A DNA stretch of 64,000 nucleotides. Origin: Candidatus Woesearchaeota archaeon. GTDB taxonomy: Archaea; Nanobdellota; Nanobdellia; SCGC-AAA011-G17; JACPNG01. Positions 8,045 to 17,593 of the stretch are shown piece after piece. Positions within the stretch are counted from its first letter, which is position 1, and every line of letters starts with the position of its first letter. The position numbers were made by a program, and so were the translations under genes. The stretch is taken from positions 7,103 to 71,102 of the forward strand of contig JACPNG010000015.1 of assembly GCA_016185605.1 (NCBI GenBank). The letters are read 5' to 3'. Below the pieces are notes generated by a model, which worked only from the letters and a program-made list of their open reading frames with translations, did not search any database and was not told the origin of the DNA.

Positions 8045-10268
8045 AAATAATATAATAAGTTAGAAGTATTAATATTGTGATAATTAAGTTAGAGAAAGTA
8101 AATACTGGAAATGATTCTTCTATCAAGCATGATTGCCTGGCTAATGGCCTATATTTAGATTCGCATAATAGATTATTGCCTGTATAGGTGCATTTGTTTA
8201 TATCCCTAGTTCTGTAGCCCTGCTCATTGCATTCTGTCCATAAAGCGTTTGTGCAGTCCCATTCAGCTACGCATGATGATTCTCCTGGAGCGCATCCAAA
8301 CTCATCTACATTATTTATCTCTTCTAATGGGGTATCTGGACATTTATCATTTTCATTCTTGACTCCGTCGCAATCCGAATCGTCTTCTCCACAAGCTATA
8401 ACATTCAAGAGATTAGATGTTTTTGAACTTATTCCAGAAGATGCATTGAAATAGAATTCAGGCTCTCCCTGCAATAATCCATCGTCAACATTTACTATGC
8501 TCCATGAAGATTTAGCTTTTTTATTACTGAATATTTTAGACTGCGGGTCTGGAGATACATAATCATCCTGTCCTGCTAAATCATCTTCATAAACTTTAAA
8601 ATTCACCTGTCTGCCCTCGCAATATTCATCCCCCTCAACACTTAAATCCACTAAAGAGTTGGTTGTTGCTATATTAGTTAGCCAATTGGCTTTTATAATG
8701 CTGCAACATTCTGGGTCATATTTTTTAGCTGATTTATCATTTGTGCATAAGCCATCATTTGGGTTTGGTATGCAAACTCCTTGAATATTACAAACATTTC
8801 CTTTTATACAGCTTCCTTGTAAATTTGTACATTCTCCGCATAAACAATTCTCTCCTGTATCGCATATATTATTATTTTTACAGTTATCGCAAAATCCAGA
8901 AGGCAAATCTTGGGAGCATGTCTTGCATGTCTCTCCTAATTCTAATATGCCATTGCCGCATTTAGCTGATCCTATAGAGCATCCATTGCTGTCTACTGGA
9001 CCTATTTGAGGATTAGGGCATGTAGTTGTGCATTTATCTCTGTTATCTGGAATTTTATCATTATCGCAGTCTATCTGGCATGTTTTTGTTGTTAAGGAAT
9101 CGCATATTAAGTTGCTGCTGCAGAAATCTCTATTGCCGTCACAATCTTTAATTAAGCAGCTTTCCCCTAATTCTGATTCGCATTTATTATTCTGATTATT
9201 TGGTGGATTAGGGCATTCATTTATATCTGAAATGCATTTATTGGTTGTGCCGCACCAAACTTGATTTTGAGGACATCCTTCTCCTTGTATAGAGCATCCA
9301 TTGCTGTCTACTGGACCTATTTGAGGATTAGGGCATGTAGTTGTGCATTTATCTCTGTTATCTGGAATTTTATCATTATCGCAGTCTATCTGGCATGTTT
9401 TTGTTGTTAAGGAATCGCATACTAAACTATCTGAACAAAAGTCCCTATTAGTATCGCAATCTGAGCAAGAGCAGCTTTCTTTGTTTTCTGATTCGCATAT
9501 TCCATCTTTATCGCATACAAAATTAGCTCCGCAATCTGATTTACATGTATTATCCGAGCATAAAGTTTGTCCTTGAGGACAACCCCCATCTTGCGGGGAG
9601 ACACAAGCCCAATCACTGCCAACATTCAAACATATCTGTCCTAAATTACAACCAGCATCATCTGGACATGTAAAGCAATTCTCTCCTTGATCTAGGTTAT
9701 TATCGCCGCATTCTATAATTGATTCAGTAACTTCCAGCATTGGGGGGGATGAAATTATTGATAATAATCCTGTAGATGCTGTAAAATAATATTCTGGATT
9801 TCCAATTCCGTCATTCTGAAACTCAGCTATCCAAGAGCTTTCTGCTTTGTCATTTTTAAAATTAGCATTTTCCGGATTTCTAGCAACATCATCATCAGGA
9901 TTTGGAAATAGATCATCTTCCTTTACAATAAAATTTAATAAAAGGCTATTACAAGCGGATTTTCCTGTAACAGTCAAGGTTACATTATTTCCTTTGCTTA
10001 CTTTATTAGCTGACCATAGAGCAGATACTAAACTGCAGCATTCAATATCATCTTTATCTACCCCTGTATTAGGATTAGTGTCAAACTCATATCCATTATT
10101 CACATTGCAATTGTTGTCTATATTGTCATCGCATATTTCTTTAGCTCCGGGGTATATGTTTGGATTACTATCATCACAATCTATAGGATAATCTGTAATA
10201 TAAGAATAAGAATTTAGCATATTAATTAAAATTAAGCATATTAACAAAAAAATAAACTTTTTAATCAT
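8028..10268 (-). CDS. large Cys-rich secreted surface protein with thrombospondin-type-3-like Asp/Cys repeats and a C-terminal TM anchor
   Basis: 746 aa. N-terminal signal peptide. Repeated CQIDCDNDKIPDNRDKCTTTCPNPQIGPVDSNGCSI modules (Dx[DN]xDxxxDxxDxC). C-terminal PVFTF-TM-RIKK. Confidence 0.7.
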   Translation of the reverse strand: MIKKFIFLLICLILINMLNSYSYITDYPIDCDDSNPNIYPGAKEICDDNIDNNCNVNNGYEFDTNPNTGVDKDDIECCSLVSALWSANKVSKGNNVTLTVTGKSACNSLLLNFIVKEDDLFPNPDDDVARNPENANFKNDKAESSWIAEFQNDGIGNPEYYFTASTGLLSIISSPPMLEVTESIIECGDNNLDQGENCFTCPDDAGCNLGQICLNVGSDWACVSPQDGGCPQGQTLCSDNTCKSDCGANFVCDKDGICESENKESCSCSDCDTNRDFCSDSLVCDSLTTKTCQIDCDNDKIPDNRDKCTTTCPNPQIGPVDSNGCSIQGEGCPQNQVWCGTTNKCISDINECPNPPNNQNNKCESELGESCLIKDCDGNRDFCSSNLICDSLTTKTCQIDCDNDKIPDNRDKCTTTCPNPQIGPVDSNGCSIGSAKCGNGILELGETCKTCSQDLPSGFCDNCKNNNICDTGENCLCGECTNLQGSCIKGNVCNIQGVCIPNPNDGLCTNDKSAKKYDPECCSIIKANWLTNIATTNSLVDLSVEGDEYCEGRQVNFKVYEDDLAGQDDYVSPDPQSKIFSNKKAKSSWSIVNVDDGLLQGEPEFYFNASSGISSKTSNLLNVIACGEDDSDCDGVKNENDKCPDTPLEEINNVDEFGCAPGESSCVAEWDCTNALWTECNEQGYRTRDINKCTYTGNNLLCESKYRPLARQSCLIEESFPVFTFSNLIITILILLTYYIIFRIKK
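8973..9106. repeat. about 134-bp direct repeat, copy 1 of 2 (other copy 9288..9421), inside the 746-aa gene
   Basis: Near-identical nucleotide blocks (gagcatccattgctgtctactggacctatttgaggattagggcatgtagttgtgc...) spaced 315 bp apart. They encode the duplicated TSP3-like module. Confidence 0.8.
9288..9421. repeat. about 134-bp direct repeat, copy 2 of 2
   Basis: See copy 1. Identical over about 130 nt. Confidence 0.8.
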
Positions 10269-12283
10269 TTTATCCCTAAAATATTTCTTATCTGATTGAA
10301 TATATCAACATAATTGGTTATTGTTTTTGGCTGGCATAACTGGGCATTAGCATCTATTACTCCATCTCTGTCCCTGTCGCAAATCTCATTTACTTGGTTA
10401 TTGCAGTTTTCATCAACTAAATTTCCTAAATCGCAGCATTCTGATTTTCCAGGATTTACATTGGCATTATTATCATTGCAGTCATTATCACATTGTGTGT
10501 CATAACCATCATTATCATTGTCTGTTACTAAACTATTAAATTGGTTGCATGAAGCAGAACTGCATGAGCATGAATCTTGGCAGAAAGTATCTGCATTCTG
10601 ATAATCCCTATAAGTTCCAGAATAACAGCCATCTAGGTTATTGCAATTTAATTGCGGACATCCCCCTCGTGTTGGATCGCATGTAGCTCCGCATTTATCC
10701 TTTGTACATGCATAACTAAATGAGCCTTTATTCACGCATCCTGCAGAGCCACTATACTTGGTTCCGCTGCATTCATTACGCCATTCACATCTATTATCAT
10801 TACTGCATACAGAAGATGATGAATAAGAAGAGCATAATGAAGGGATTACATTAACTGTAGTTGTCTTATCTGTTCCTGATTTATATGACTTTGCTGTATC
10901 TACTGAGCATTTTATTGTTTTTGGGTTTCCAGTATATGCTCCTGCATTACAGTTAAATATTGCATTACTGCCCTGCCAGCTGCTAAATCCACAAAGATTA
11001 TTCTCAATAAAAGCACTTATGCTGTTAATATTGTCTATTGAAGAAGCGCAAGTAACTTGTATATTTGTATTTTCAACCGGATTTGAAATTGAGACTTGAA
11101 TGCTATTAACAGCAACTGGACATTGAGAATCTCCATGTTTTCCATCTATGCTGTCATAATCTGTCTCTCCATTGCAATTGTCATCTAAATAATTATTTCT
11201 GCACACTTCATTTACTCCTGGATTTACAGAAGCTGAATTATCATTGCAGTCATTTCCTCCTGATGTGCATATTGATGGAGTCCCTACTCTCTGAATATTA
11301 GAATCACAATAATTATCCTTATCATCATCGCATCCTTCATCTACTTGATTATTGCAATTATTATCTAAATTATCGCAAATTTCTGCTGTTGGAGTTCCCT
11401 GAGTAGCACTACAGCTTCCAGAGCATGTTACAGTTCCAGTCTTTTGGCATGTTCCTGTTCCAACAGTGCAAGAAGTTCCATATCCAACTGGATTAGGAGG
11501 GGTTGGTCCAGAACATTGACCATTGCATTGTATTGTTCCTCCAAATTGTCCGCATGCATTTTGATTACAATTTTGTCCGTAATTAGAGGGAAGAGCAGGA
11601 GTTGGTCCAGAACATTGCCCATTAATTTGTATTGTTCCTCCAAATTGTCCGCATGCATTTTGATTACAATTTTGTCCGTAATTAGGTGATACTCCGCATT
11701 GTCCAGAAATTAATCCATTATCTCTCCAAGAGCATCCATTACATGTTAGATAATTATTTCCACTACAACTATTCTGTCCATCAAAGCAAGAATTTCCAGA
11801 TCTTAAAACGCATTGCCCTGTACAGTCATTTAGATAACCGCAACTTCCTCCGCCGCAACTTGAGAATTTTGGAAATACTTGGGATTGTACATCTGGAATA
11901 CCAGTAATCCAAGGAATAGTCTTAACAAAAACAGTAATGTCTTGGTTTATTCTTGTACTGCAGCATATAACACTGTCTGGGCAGTCATATGTAAGTGTTA
12001 CAGGTTGATTATCTGGCACCTCTGTAAATTTGCCTCCATCATCAGCTGGTATATCTCCAAATGCCTGCACACACTCGAAATTCCCGTCCCTATCTGGCGT
12101 CCAAAAGTATCTTGGATCAGAATATCCTATAACTTGAGGAGGGGTAGCCCAGCATACTATTCTTAATAGTTCTGCTTCCGCATTATAAGGCTTAACTAAT
12201 AAAAATAATAATATAAAAGATAATAAAACAATGATATTTTTCTTATTATTGAAAAATTTAGTTTGCTGTAAACTCTTTCTCAA
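10265..12283 (-). CDS. large Cys-rich secreted protein with MopE-like putative metal-binding repeats
   Basis: 672 aa. Signal peptide. Tandem NYGQNCNQNACGQFGGTIQxNGQCSGPTP repeats. C-terminal CNDNNANVNPGKSECCDxGNxVDENCNNQVNE resembles the MopE-type motif. ATGA overlap with the downstream gene. Confidence 0.7.
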   Translation of the reverse strand: MRKSLQQTKFFNNKKNIIVLLSFILLFLLVKPYNAEAELLRIVCWATPPQVIGYSDPRYFWTPDRDGNFECVQAFGDIPADDGGKFTEVPDNQPVTLTYDCPDSVICCSTRINQDITVFVKTIPWITGIPDVQSQVFPKFSSCGGGSCGYLNDCTGQCVLRSGNSCFDGQNSCSGNNYLTCNGCSWRDNGLISGQCGVSPNYGQNCNQNACGQFGGTIQINGQCSGPTPALPSNYGQNCNQNACGQFGGTIQCNGQCSGPTPPNPVGYGTSCTVGTGTCQKTGTVTCSGSCSATQGTPTAEICDNLDNNCNNQVDEGCDDDKDNYCDSNIQRVGTPSICTSGGNDCNDNSASVNPGVNEVCRNNYLDDNCNGETDYDSIDGKHGDSQCPVAVNSIQVSISNPVENTNIQVTCASSIDNINSISAFIENNLCGFSSWQGSNAIFNCNAGAYTGNPKTIKCSVDTAKSYKSGTDKTTTVNVIPSLCSSYSSSSVCSNDNRCEWRNECSGTKYSGSAGCVNKGSFSYACTKDKCGATCDPTRGGCPQLNCNNLDGCYSGTYRDYQNADTFCQDSCSCSSASCNQFNSLVTDNDNDGYDTQCDNDCNDNNANVNPGKSECCDLGNLVDENCNNQVNEICDRDRDGVIDANAQLCQPKTITNYVDIFNQIRNILGIK
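11501..11690. repeat. tandem about 99-bp repeat (2 copies) inside the 672-aa gene
   Basis: ggtccagaacattg(a/c)ccatt...ttgtattgttcctccaaattgtccgcatgcattttgattacaattttgtccgtaatta occurs twice with a 99-nt period. Track ORFs 11428..11658(-) and 11444..11689(+) are frames of this repeat. Confidence 0.75.
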
Positions 12284-12968
12284 ATTTTATCATCTCCAGC
12301 TTATAGATATTAAATGCCACATCTTTCCAGCAGTTTTCGTCAAATCTTTTTAAGATTGGATAATTTTTCTTTAGTTTTAGACAAAGATTTCCTAAAGCTT
12401 CTTCATAACTCCAGTTATTTGAGAGCATTACAACTGTTGAATAAGTAGCTTCTTTTCTATCCAAGGTTGCTAATCTTATGTAATCTTCTCCTAAATTAAT
12501 CTCTTTTTCCATACTATCTAATGACTTATCCCTTATCAATTGCTTACTTTCCACAATAGAGATATGTACTTTCAGATTTTCTAATTCCTCATTTTGAATT
12601 CCATTTCTTTGTAGTTTTTTATAATCTTTATCTTGAGTAGCCCCAATTGCCGCTGTTATTACATTGTTTATAATATCTCTGCTACTTCCAATATAAGAAC
12701 CAACTCCAGCACTATTATACTCTAAATTTACAAAAACTTCATTATTATAATTTGATAACTTTGAATGTGGTGGTTCAATTAATCTTTTATTTTCATTAAT
12801 GGATACTTTTATTGATCTGTATGCTAAATCTAATAGATATTCTTTGTCTTTGCTACTTAATCTTAATTCTTCAGGATTAGACTTTTGAAATTTAAACATA
12901 AGAATGGACGAGCCGATAACTAAGATTATTATTAAAACAACTAATATTGTAATTCCTCTTCTTTCCAT
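12258..12968 (-). CDS. N-terminally membrane-anchored hypothetical protein, first gene of the Cys-rich-protein operon
   Basis: 236 aa. TM helix at residues 7-27. Its 3' end overlaps the 672-aa gene start. Confidence 0.45.
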   Translation of the reverse strand: MERRGITILVVLIIILVIGSSILMFKFQKSNPEELRLSSKDKEYLLDLAYRSIKVSINENKRLIEPPHSKLSNYNNEVFVNLEYNSAGVGSYIGSSRDIINNVITAAIGATQDKDYKKLQRNGIQNEELENLKVHISIVESKQLIRDKSLDSMEKEINLGEDYIRLATLDRKEATYSTVVMLSNNWSYEEALGNLCLKLKKNYPILKRFDENCWKDVAFNIYKLEMIKFEKEFTAN

Positions 12969-13599
12969 AAAAGAATGATATATTTATATTATTTAAATAT
13001 AACTAATATAGAATATAGGTTGGATTTCTTTAGTATGATATAAATATAATTTTTAAAGAATAACAAATAAAACCAAGCATTATATAACTAAAAGCTCCAA
13101 TCCTTCCTGGAGATTGTATAATTTGTACACTTAAATGAAATAATAACCCTATCAATAAAACAAAGAGTCTTATTTTGCTAATCCACAATCCTTTTTAAGA
13201 TATTCTTCCATTAGATTTATTTATGACTGGCTAGTTGGAATGGCATTTTATTTTTTAGTTTTGATATATCTTAATTAGGAAGTTTACAACTTTATTAGCA
13301 TGCCATTTATCAAATTCCCATAATACATTTTACATTTACTCTATTTCTAAAATATTTTAATTGATCTAAAAATTGAACATCTTTTTCATTAAAGTTGAGT
13401 TTATTATGTAAGAGGTTTTTGCCTTGTATGCAATATCATAATCCAAAACCTCGGCTCTTAGATTTTATATTAGTATCTCTAATTTTATAACATGATTTCT
13501 CAAATATTAGATAAATAGTTCTTGAATTTTGAGGATTTAGCTATATTTATGAAGAATTTAGCTGTGGTTTTTGAAATTAAGTAAATTAGAGATTTACTC

Positions 13600-14679
13600 T
13601 TAGAATTGGACTCCAGGATTCTCCTTTTGATAGAATGATTTTAACATTGGATGTGGAAAAGGCAACATTGCTATAAATGGTTGTTTTGAGGTATATGCTT
13701 CCGCTTTCAGCCATTCTGAATATAAGAATGATCCTGGAAGATGATTATATATCCCCCCTTCATTTGGGTGTTTTTGTGAGACTAATACTCTTAAATAATC
13801 CCTATAATCAATTGGATTTTTTCTCTTAGACAATAATTGTTCTCTTACTATATTATCAACTTCAGCTTCTTTTAATCTTTGATCAAGAGTAGAAAGTGTT
13901 TTCTGAAGATATTCTCCTCTCCAATTTAAAGGCACAATCTCTGTCTTTGTGTCCCAATAAACTGGACGACCACCATCAACGCCGAGTTTAAATGGGTCAA
14001 AACCAGGGGGGATTGACTTCTTATCTTTGACTTGATAAATCTGAAAATGAAGTTGCTCTGGTTGTAGTTCTGTATTAATATATCCACTATTCCCAGATAA
14101 TGCAATGACATCGCTTAAATTGATAGATAGATCTTTCTTCTTAATTATTCTTTTAGATAAATGGACATATGAACTTCTATATGTGCCATCACCATACTCA
14201 TCTTCGTGTGACAACCTTATTTTTTTTCCCCCCTGATAACTTTCATGAACACTTCTTATAAATCCTCTATTTGTTGGGACAACTGGTGTCCCTGTCGGAA
14301 CTTCATAATCCACAGCTCCAAATCCTTTATTCCATGATCCTGATGCATGCTCATTAAAATCTATGTAACGACCCCTCCAGTAAAGGAGTGAAGGTCCCCT
14401 AATTAAGTCTTGAGTCATTAAATAAGATTCCCAATGTCTATCTGCTATATAATTTAAACTATCTTTTCCCCCACATCCATTAAGCCATAAAAATGTCCAT
14501 CCCGCTAAACCAGCGGCATATTTTAGAAATCTTCTTCTTTCAGTGGAAAATATAGGAAGGTTATTTTTAAATTTACTTAGCTCCGCAATGCCTCCTTCGA
14601 CCAATCTTGAGTCTCTAACTCTATTTTCAATTTCACCAGATACCCCAACTTGTTTTTTCATCTTTCTGAGAAGTCGCAT
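13600..14679 (-). CDS. M23-family (LytM/lysostaphin-like) metallopeptidase with Tat signal and lipobox
   Basis: 359 aa. ERRRFLKYAAGLAGW twin-arginine motif followed by WLNGCGG lipobox. M23 core: GAVDYEVPTGTPVVPTNRGFI...SSYVHLS...IALSGNSGYINTELQPEQLHFQI. Confidence 0.7.
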   Translation of the reverse strand: MRLLRKMKKQVGVSGEIENRVRDSRLVEGGIAELSKFKNNLPIFSTERRRFLKYAAGLAGWTFLWLNGCGGKDSLNYIADRHWESYLMTQDLIRGPSLLYWRGRYIDFNEHASGSWNKGFGAVDYEVPTGTPVVPTNRGFIRSVHESYQGGKKIRLSHEDEYGDGTYRSSYVHLSKRIIKKKDLSINLSDVIALSGNSGYINTELQPEQLHFQIYQVKDKKSIPPGFDPFKLGVDGGRPVYWDTKTEIVPLNWRGEYLQKTLSTLDQRLKEAEVDNIVREQLLSKRKNPIDYRDYLRVLVSQKHPNEGGIYNHLPGSFLYSEWLKAEAYTSKQPFIAMLPFPHPMLKSFYQKENPGVQF

Positions 14680-14720
14680 TGCCTTATAAATCTTTCTTAC
14701 TTAAAAGAGACAACGTTTTA

Positions 14721-14996
14721 TTATTCACCAGAATCCGCCCCATCATCACTACCATCGTCATCGTCGTCATCTCCGGGACCAGGACCACCATCATCTCCAC
14801 CACCAGGATTATAATAAGGATCAGAACTACTCTGAGAATTATATGTAACTGTTATTAGTTTATTTTTAAAAGTGACAATTAAATTAGAGCTTTGTGCTAT
14901 AATATTTTTTATATTGAATATAACTAATAATAAGATAAGAATAACAACAGCTATTATTACATAACTAAGCTTTAGATTCTTAAACCTCTTTTTCAT
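14721..14996 (-). CDS. small TM protein with Gly/Asp-rich C-terminal tail
   Basis: 91 aa, N-terminal TM, then GGGDDGGPGPGDDDDDDGSDDGADSGE. Confidence 0.35.
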   Translation of the reverse strand: MKKRFKNLKLSYVIIAVVILILLLVIFNIKNIIAQSSNLIVTFKNKLITVTYNSQSSSDPYYNPGGGDDGGPGPGDDDDDDGSDDGADSGE

Positions 14997-15088
14997 ATAA
15001 AATAATAAAATATTGATTTATATAAAGTTAATCATTAGTTTTTCAGTATAAACAAAACCTTTTTATAAAATTAGTAAAATAAGAGACT

Positions 15089-16204
15089 ATGAAATATAAA
15101 AAATCCTTAATTTTATTTATTTTAATATTAGTACTAATAATTCTATTCTTCAAAATCAACTTCTCAATAAATGACATAAGAAATATAGAAAAAGAAGAAT
15201 TAGAAAACAGGTTAAACTTAGCAGGAGAATGGTTATTAAGAATGCAGATGTCTAACGGGAATATGGAATATGAGTATTTTCCATTAACAGATGAATACTC
15301 AAAAGAAAGAAATATGATAAGGCATACTGCCAGCCTATGGGGTTTTGGTTTATTGTATCAGAATACAAAGGATCAAAAATATTCTAATGCATTAGAAAAG
15401 GGAATTAATCTTGTATTAAATGAATATTATACAGAAGAGGATGATTTTGCATATATAAAATTCAATAATGAAGTAAACATAGGAACTTCTGGATTTATTA
15501 TTCTAGCTATGCTGAGCTCAGAAAATCCCAATAAATATAAAAATGAAATAGAAAAGCTAAAGAATTTTATAATAAGACAACAAAGGGAGGATGGAAGCTT
15601 TAAGACTTATTATCTAGAAGAAAAAGAAGACTCTGAATATTATCCTGGAGAGGCTTTATTAGCATTAATTAATCTATATGAGTATGATAAAAATGAAGAA
15701 TATCTAGATGTGTTAAATAAGGCGCTTCCTTATTATATGAATTATTTTGATGAAAATCCAAATGTAGCTATGGTGACATGGCATTCCCAGGCTTATTCTA
15801 AAGCTTTCCTAATAACAAAAAATCCAGAATATGCCAAATATGTATTTATATTAAATGACTGGGTAACTAAAAGACAGAACTTTGGGGGGGATAAACTTAT
15901 TTTGGGGGGATATGGCTCAAATCCGGGAATTTCAACTTCTGTTTACAATGAAGGAGTGAATGATGCTTTTCTAGTGGCTAAAGAATTAAATAATGAAGAT
16001 AAAATAAAAAGATACAAATTATCAATTAAACTGGCTAATCAATTTCTACTAAAATTGCAGTCAATGGACAAAAACAATAAAAATTCATTTGGAGGATTTG
16101 GAACTAATTTAAATAATCCCAACCAGAGAATAGATCATACCCAGCATTCAATAAACTCATTGAGAAAAACAATAGAAAATTATGAATTGATATATGAGAA
16201 TTAA
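15089..16204 (+). CDS. membrane-anchored alpha/alpha-toroid-like protein (prenyltransferase/squalene-oxidase-repeat-like)
   Basis: 371 aa. N-terminal TM. QREDGSF-type repeat motif and a periodic aromatic/Gly pattern. Function unknown. Confidence 0.4.
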   Translation: MKYKKSLILFILILVLIILFFKINFSINDIRNIEKEELENRLNLAGEWLLRMQMSNGNMEYEYFPLTDEYSKERNMIRHTASLWGFGLLYQNTKDQKYSNALEKGINLVLNEYYTEEDDFAYIKFNNEVNIGTSGFIILAMLSSENPNKYKNEIEKLKNFIIRQQREDGSFKTYYLEEKEDSEYYPGEALLALINLYEYDKNEEYLDVLNKALPYYMNYFDENPNVAMVTWHSQAYSKAFLITKNPEYAKYVFILNDWVTKRQNFGGDKLILGGYGSNPGISTSVYNEGVNDAFLVAKELNNEDKIKRYKLSIKLANQFLLKLQSMDKNNKNSFGGFGTNLNNPNQRIDHTQHSINSLRKTIENYELIYEN

Positions 16205-16719
16205 GATTTAACCTTAATCTCTTTCTCAATAATGTCTATTTCTTTCTTTATTGCCCTTAAAATCCTCTCTTTATCCTCTTGTATCAATAACTCCCCGCAC
16301 TCAGGGCATCTAAAGTCATTGTCCATAGCTTCATCATATCTCATCCTTACATGCTTGTCCTTGCATAAGAAATAATTAACTTCTTTTTCCCTAGCCAATA
16401 GCTCATTTAGCTCATCTAACTTCTTCTGCTTATGGGAGATTATTAAATTCTTAGCTTCTTTGTCATTAAATGTCCAGTAATAGACATACCATCCCTTTTT
16501 CTTGTCTTTTTTTCTGGTAAATGACACCAAGCTTCTTTCTTGTAACTTATAGAACATATTTCTGACTTGGTTTATTGTTAATTTTAACTTTTCAGCTATC
16601 TTGAACTCATTTATGTTTTTCTTGCCCTTAAAGAGCTTAATTAAAGGTAATATTTCCTTCCCATAAAGCTCTTTCATCAGCTCTTCTGTCTGCCTGTCTG
16701 TCAATTTCATTATTATCAT
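16201..16719 (-). CDS. tfe: transcription factor E (TFE, TFIIE-alpha homologue)
   Basis: 172 aa. N-terminal winged helix plus C-terminal zinc ribbon (CKDKH...FRCPECGE). Confidence 0.7.
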   Translation of the reverse strand: MIIMKLTDRQTEELMKELYGKEILPLIKLFKGKKNINEFKIAEKLKLTINQVRNMFYKLQERSLVSFTRKKDKKKGWYVYYWTFNDKEAKNLIISHKQKKLDELNELLAREKEVNYFLCKDKHVRMRYDEAMDNDFRCPECGELLIQEDKERILRAIKKEIDIIEKEIKVKS

Positions 16720-16879
16720 ATCTTAGTACAAAATTTAAATAACTTTGCTTTTGGCATATAATCTTACTTATGTTAAAAATATATTAATTTTTCTGAAAAC
16801 ATCTATCTTATTATAAAGATAATATAAAGATATGAATAATAGCAGTTAACTATTTAAATAAAAAAATACATTAATCAGC

Positions 16880-17074
16880 ATGGCTATTGAAACACAAAAA
16901 TATATGGATGATTTGGATTTATTTCAGAGAAAAATAGGAATAATAGTTGGAGCCAAAACAAAAAATAGAGACAAAATAGCTAATTCTATTAAAATGCAGG
17001 ACTCTATAAGGTTAAAGATTAAACATTGGGCTGGTTCCAAAGAGATTAAAAAATGGAGACAAAAGAGGAACTGA
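16880..17074 (+). CDS. putative antitoxin (VapB-like) upstream of the PIN toxin
   Basis: 64-aa ORF overlapping the start of the PIN gene by 22 nt. Confidence 0.4.
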   Translation: MAIETQKYMDDLDLFQRKIGIIVGAKTKNRDKIANSIKMQDSIRLKIKHWAGSKEIKKWRQKRN

Positions 17075-17490
17075 ACAAATATTATGTTTTAGACAGTTCA
17101 GTTGTCATAAAGTGGTTTTCTAATGAAGAACACACAGATATTGCCCTTAAGTTAAGAGATATGTTTGTCATGGGTGATATTGAAATAGTTGTTCCGGATT
17201 TACAGATATATGAGATAGCAAACGCCCTAAGATACAATAAACAAATAGAAAGAACAGATGTTGATAATGCAGTTAAAAGCCTAATAGAAATTGGAATAAA
17301 GGTTATATCTCCTAAAAGAGAAATTATGAAAAAGGCCATAGATTTCTCATATGATTATGACTTAACAATTTATGATTCATGCTTTATTGCCCTAGCCAAA
17401 GAACTAAATTTTGTATTTGTAACTGCTGATGAAAAGCTCTATAAGAAGATTAAGAGTTTAAATTTTGTAAAGCTTTTAAAAGATGTATAA
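17053..17490 (+). CDS. vapC: PIN-domain ribonuclease (VapC-type toxin)
   Basis: 145 aa. YVLDSSVVIKWF N-terminus, conserved acidic residues (D14, E..., D98, TAD near the C-terminus). Confidence 0.7.
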   Translation: METKEELNKYYVLDSSVVIKWFSNEEHTDIALKLRDMFVMGDIEIVVPDLQIYEIANALRYNKQIERTDVDNAVKSLIEIGIKVISPKREIMKKAIDFSYDYDLTIYDSCFIALAKELNFVFVTADEKLYKKIKSLNFVKLLKDV

Positions 17491-17593
17491 TTAACAAGAT
17501 TACAAAAGGTAATTTTTTCACGCATAACATAAGATTACCATTTTAAAATGATACAAAAAGTTTTAATAAGCTTTTAAACTCAACATAAACATA

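Noticed and set aside
11428-11689. Track ORFs 11428..11658(-) and 11444..11689(+)
   Set aside because: They are alternative-frame artefacts of the 99-bp tandem repeat inside the 672-aa gene.
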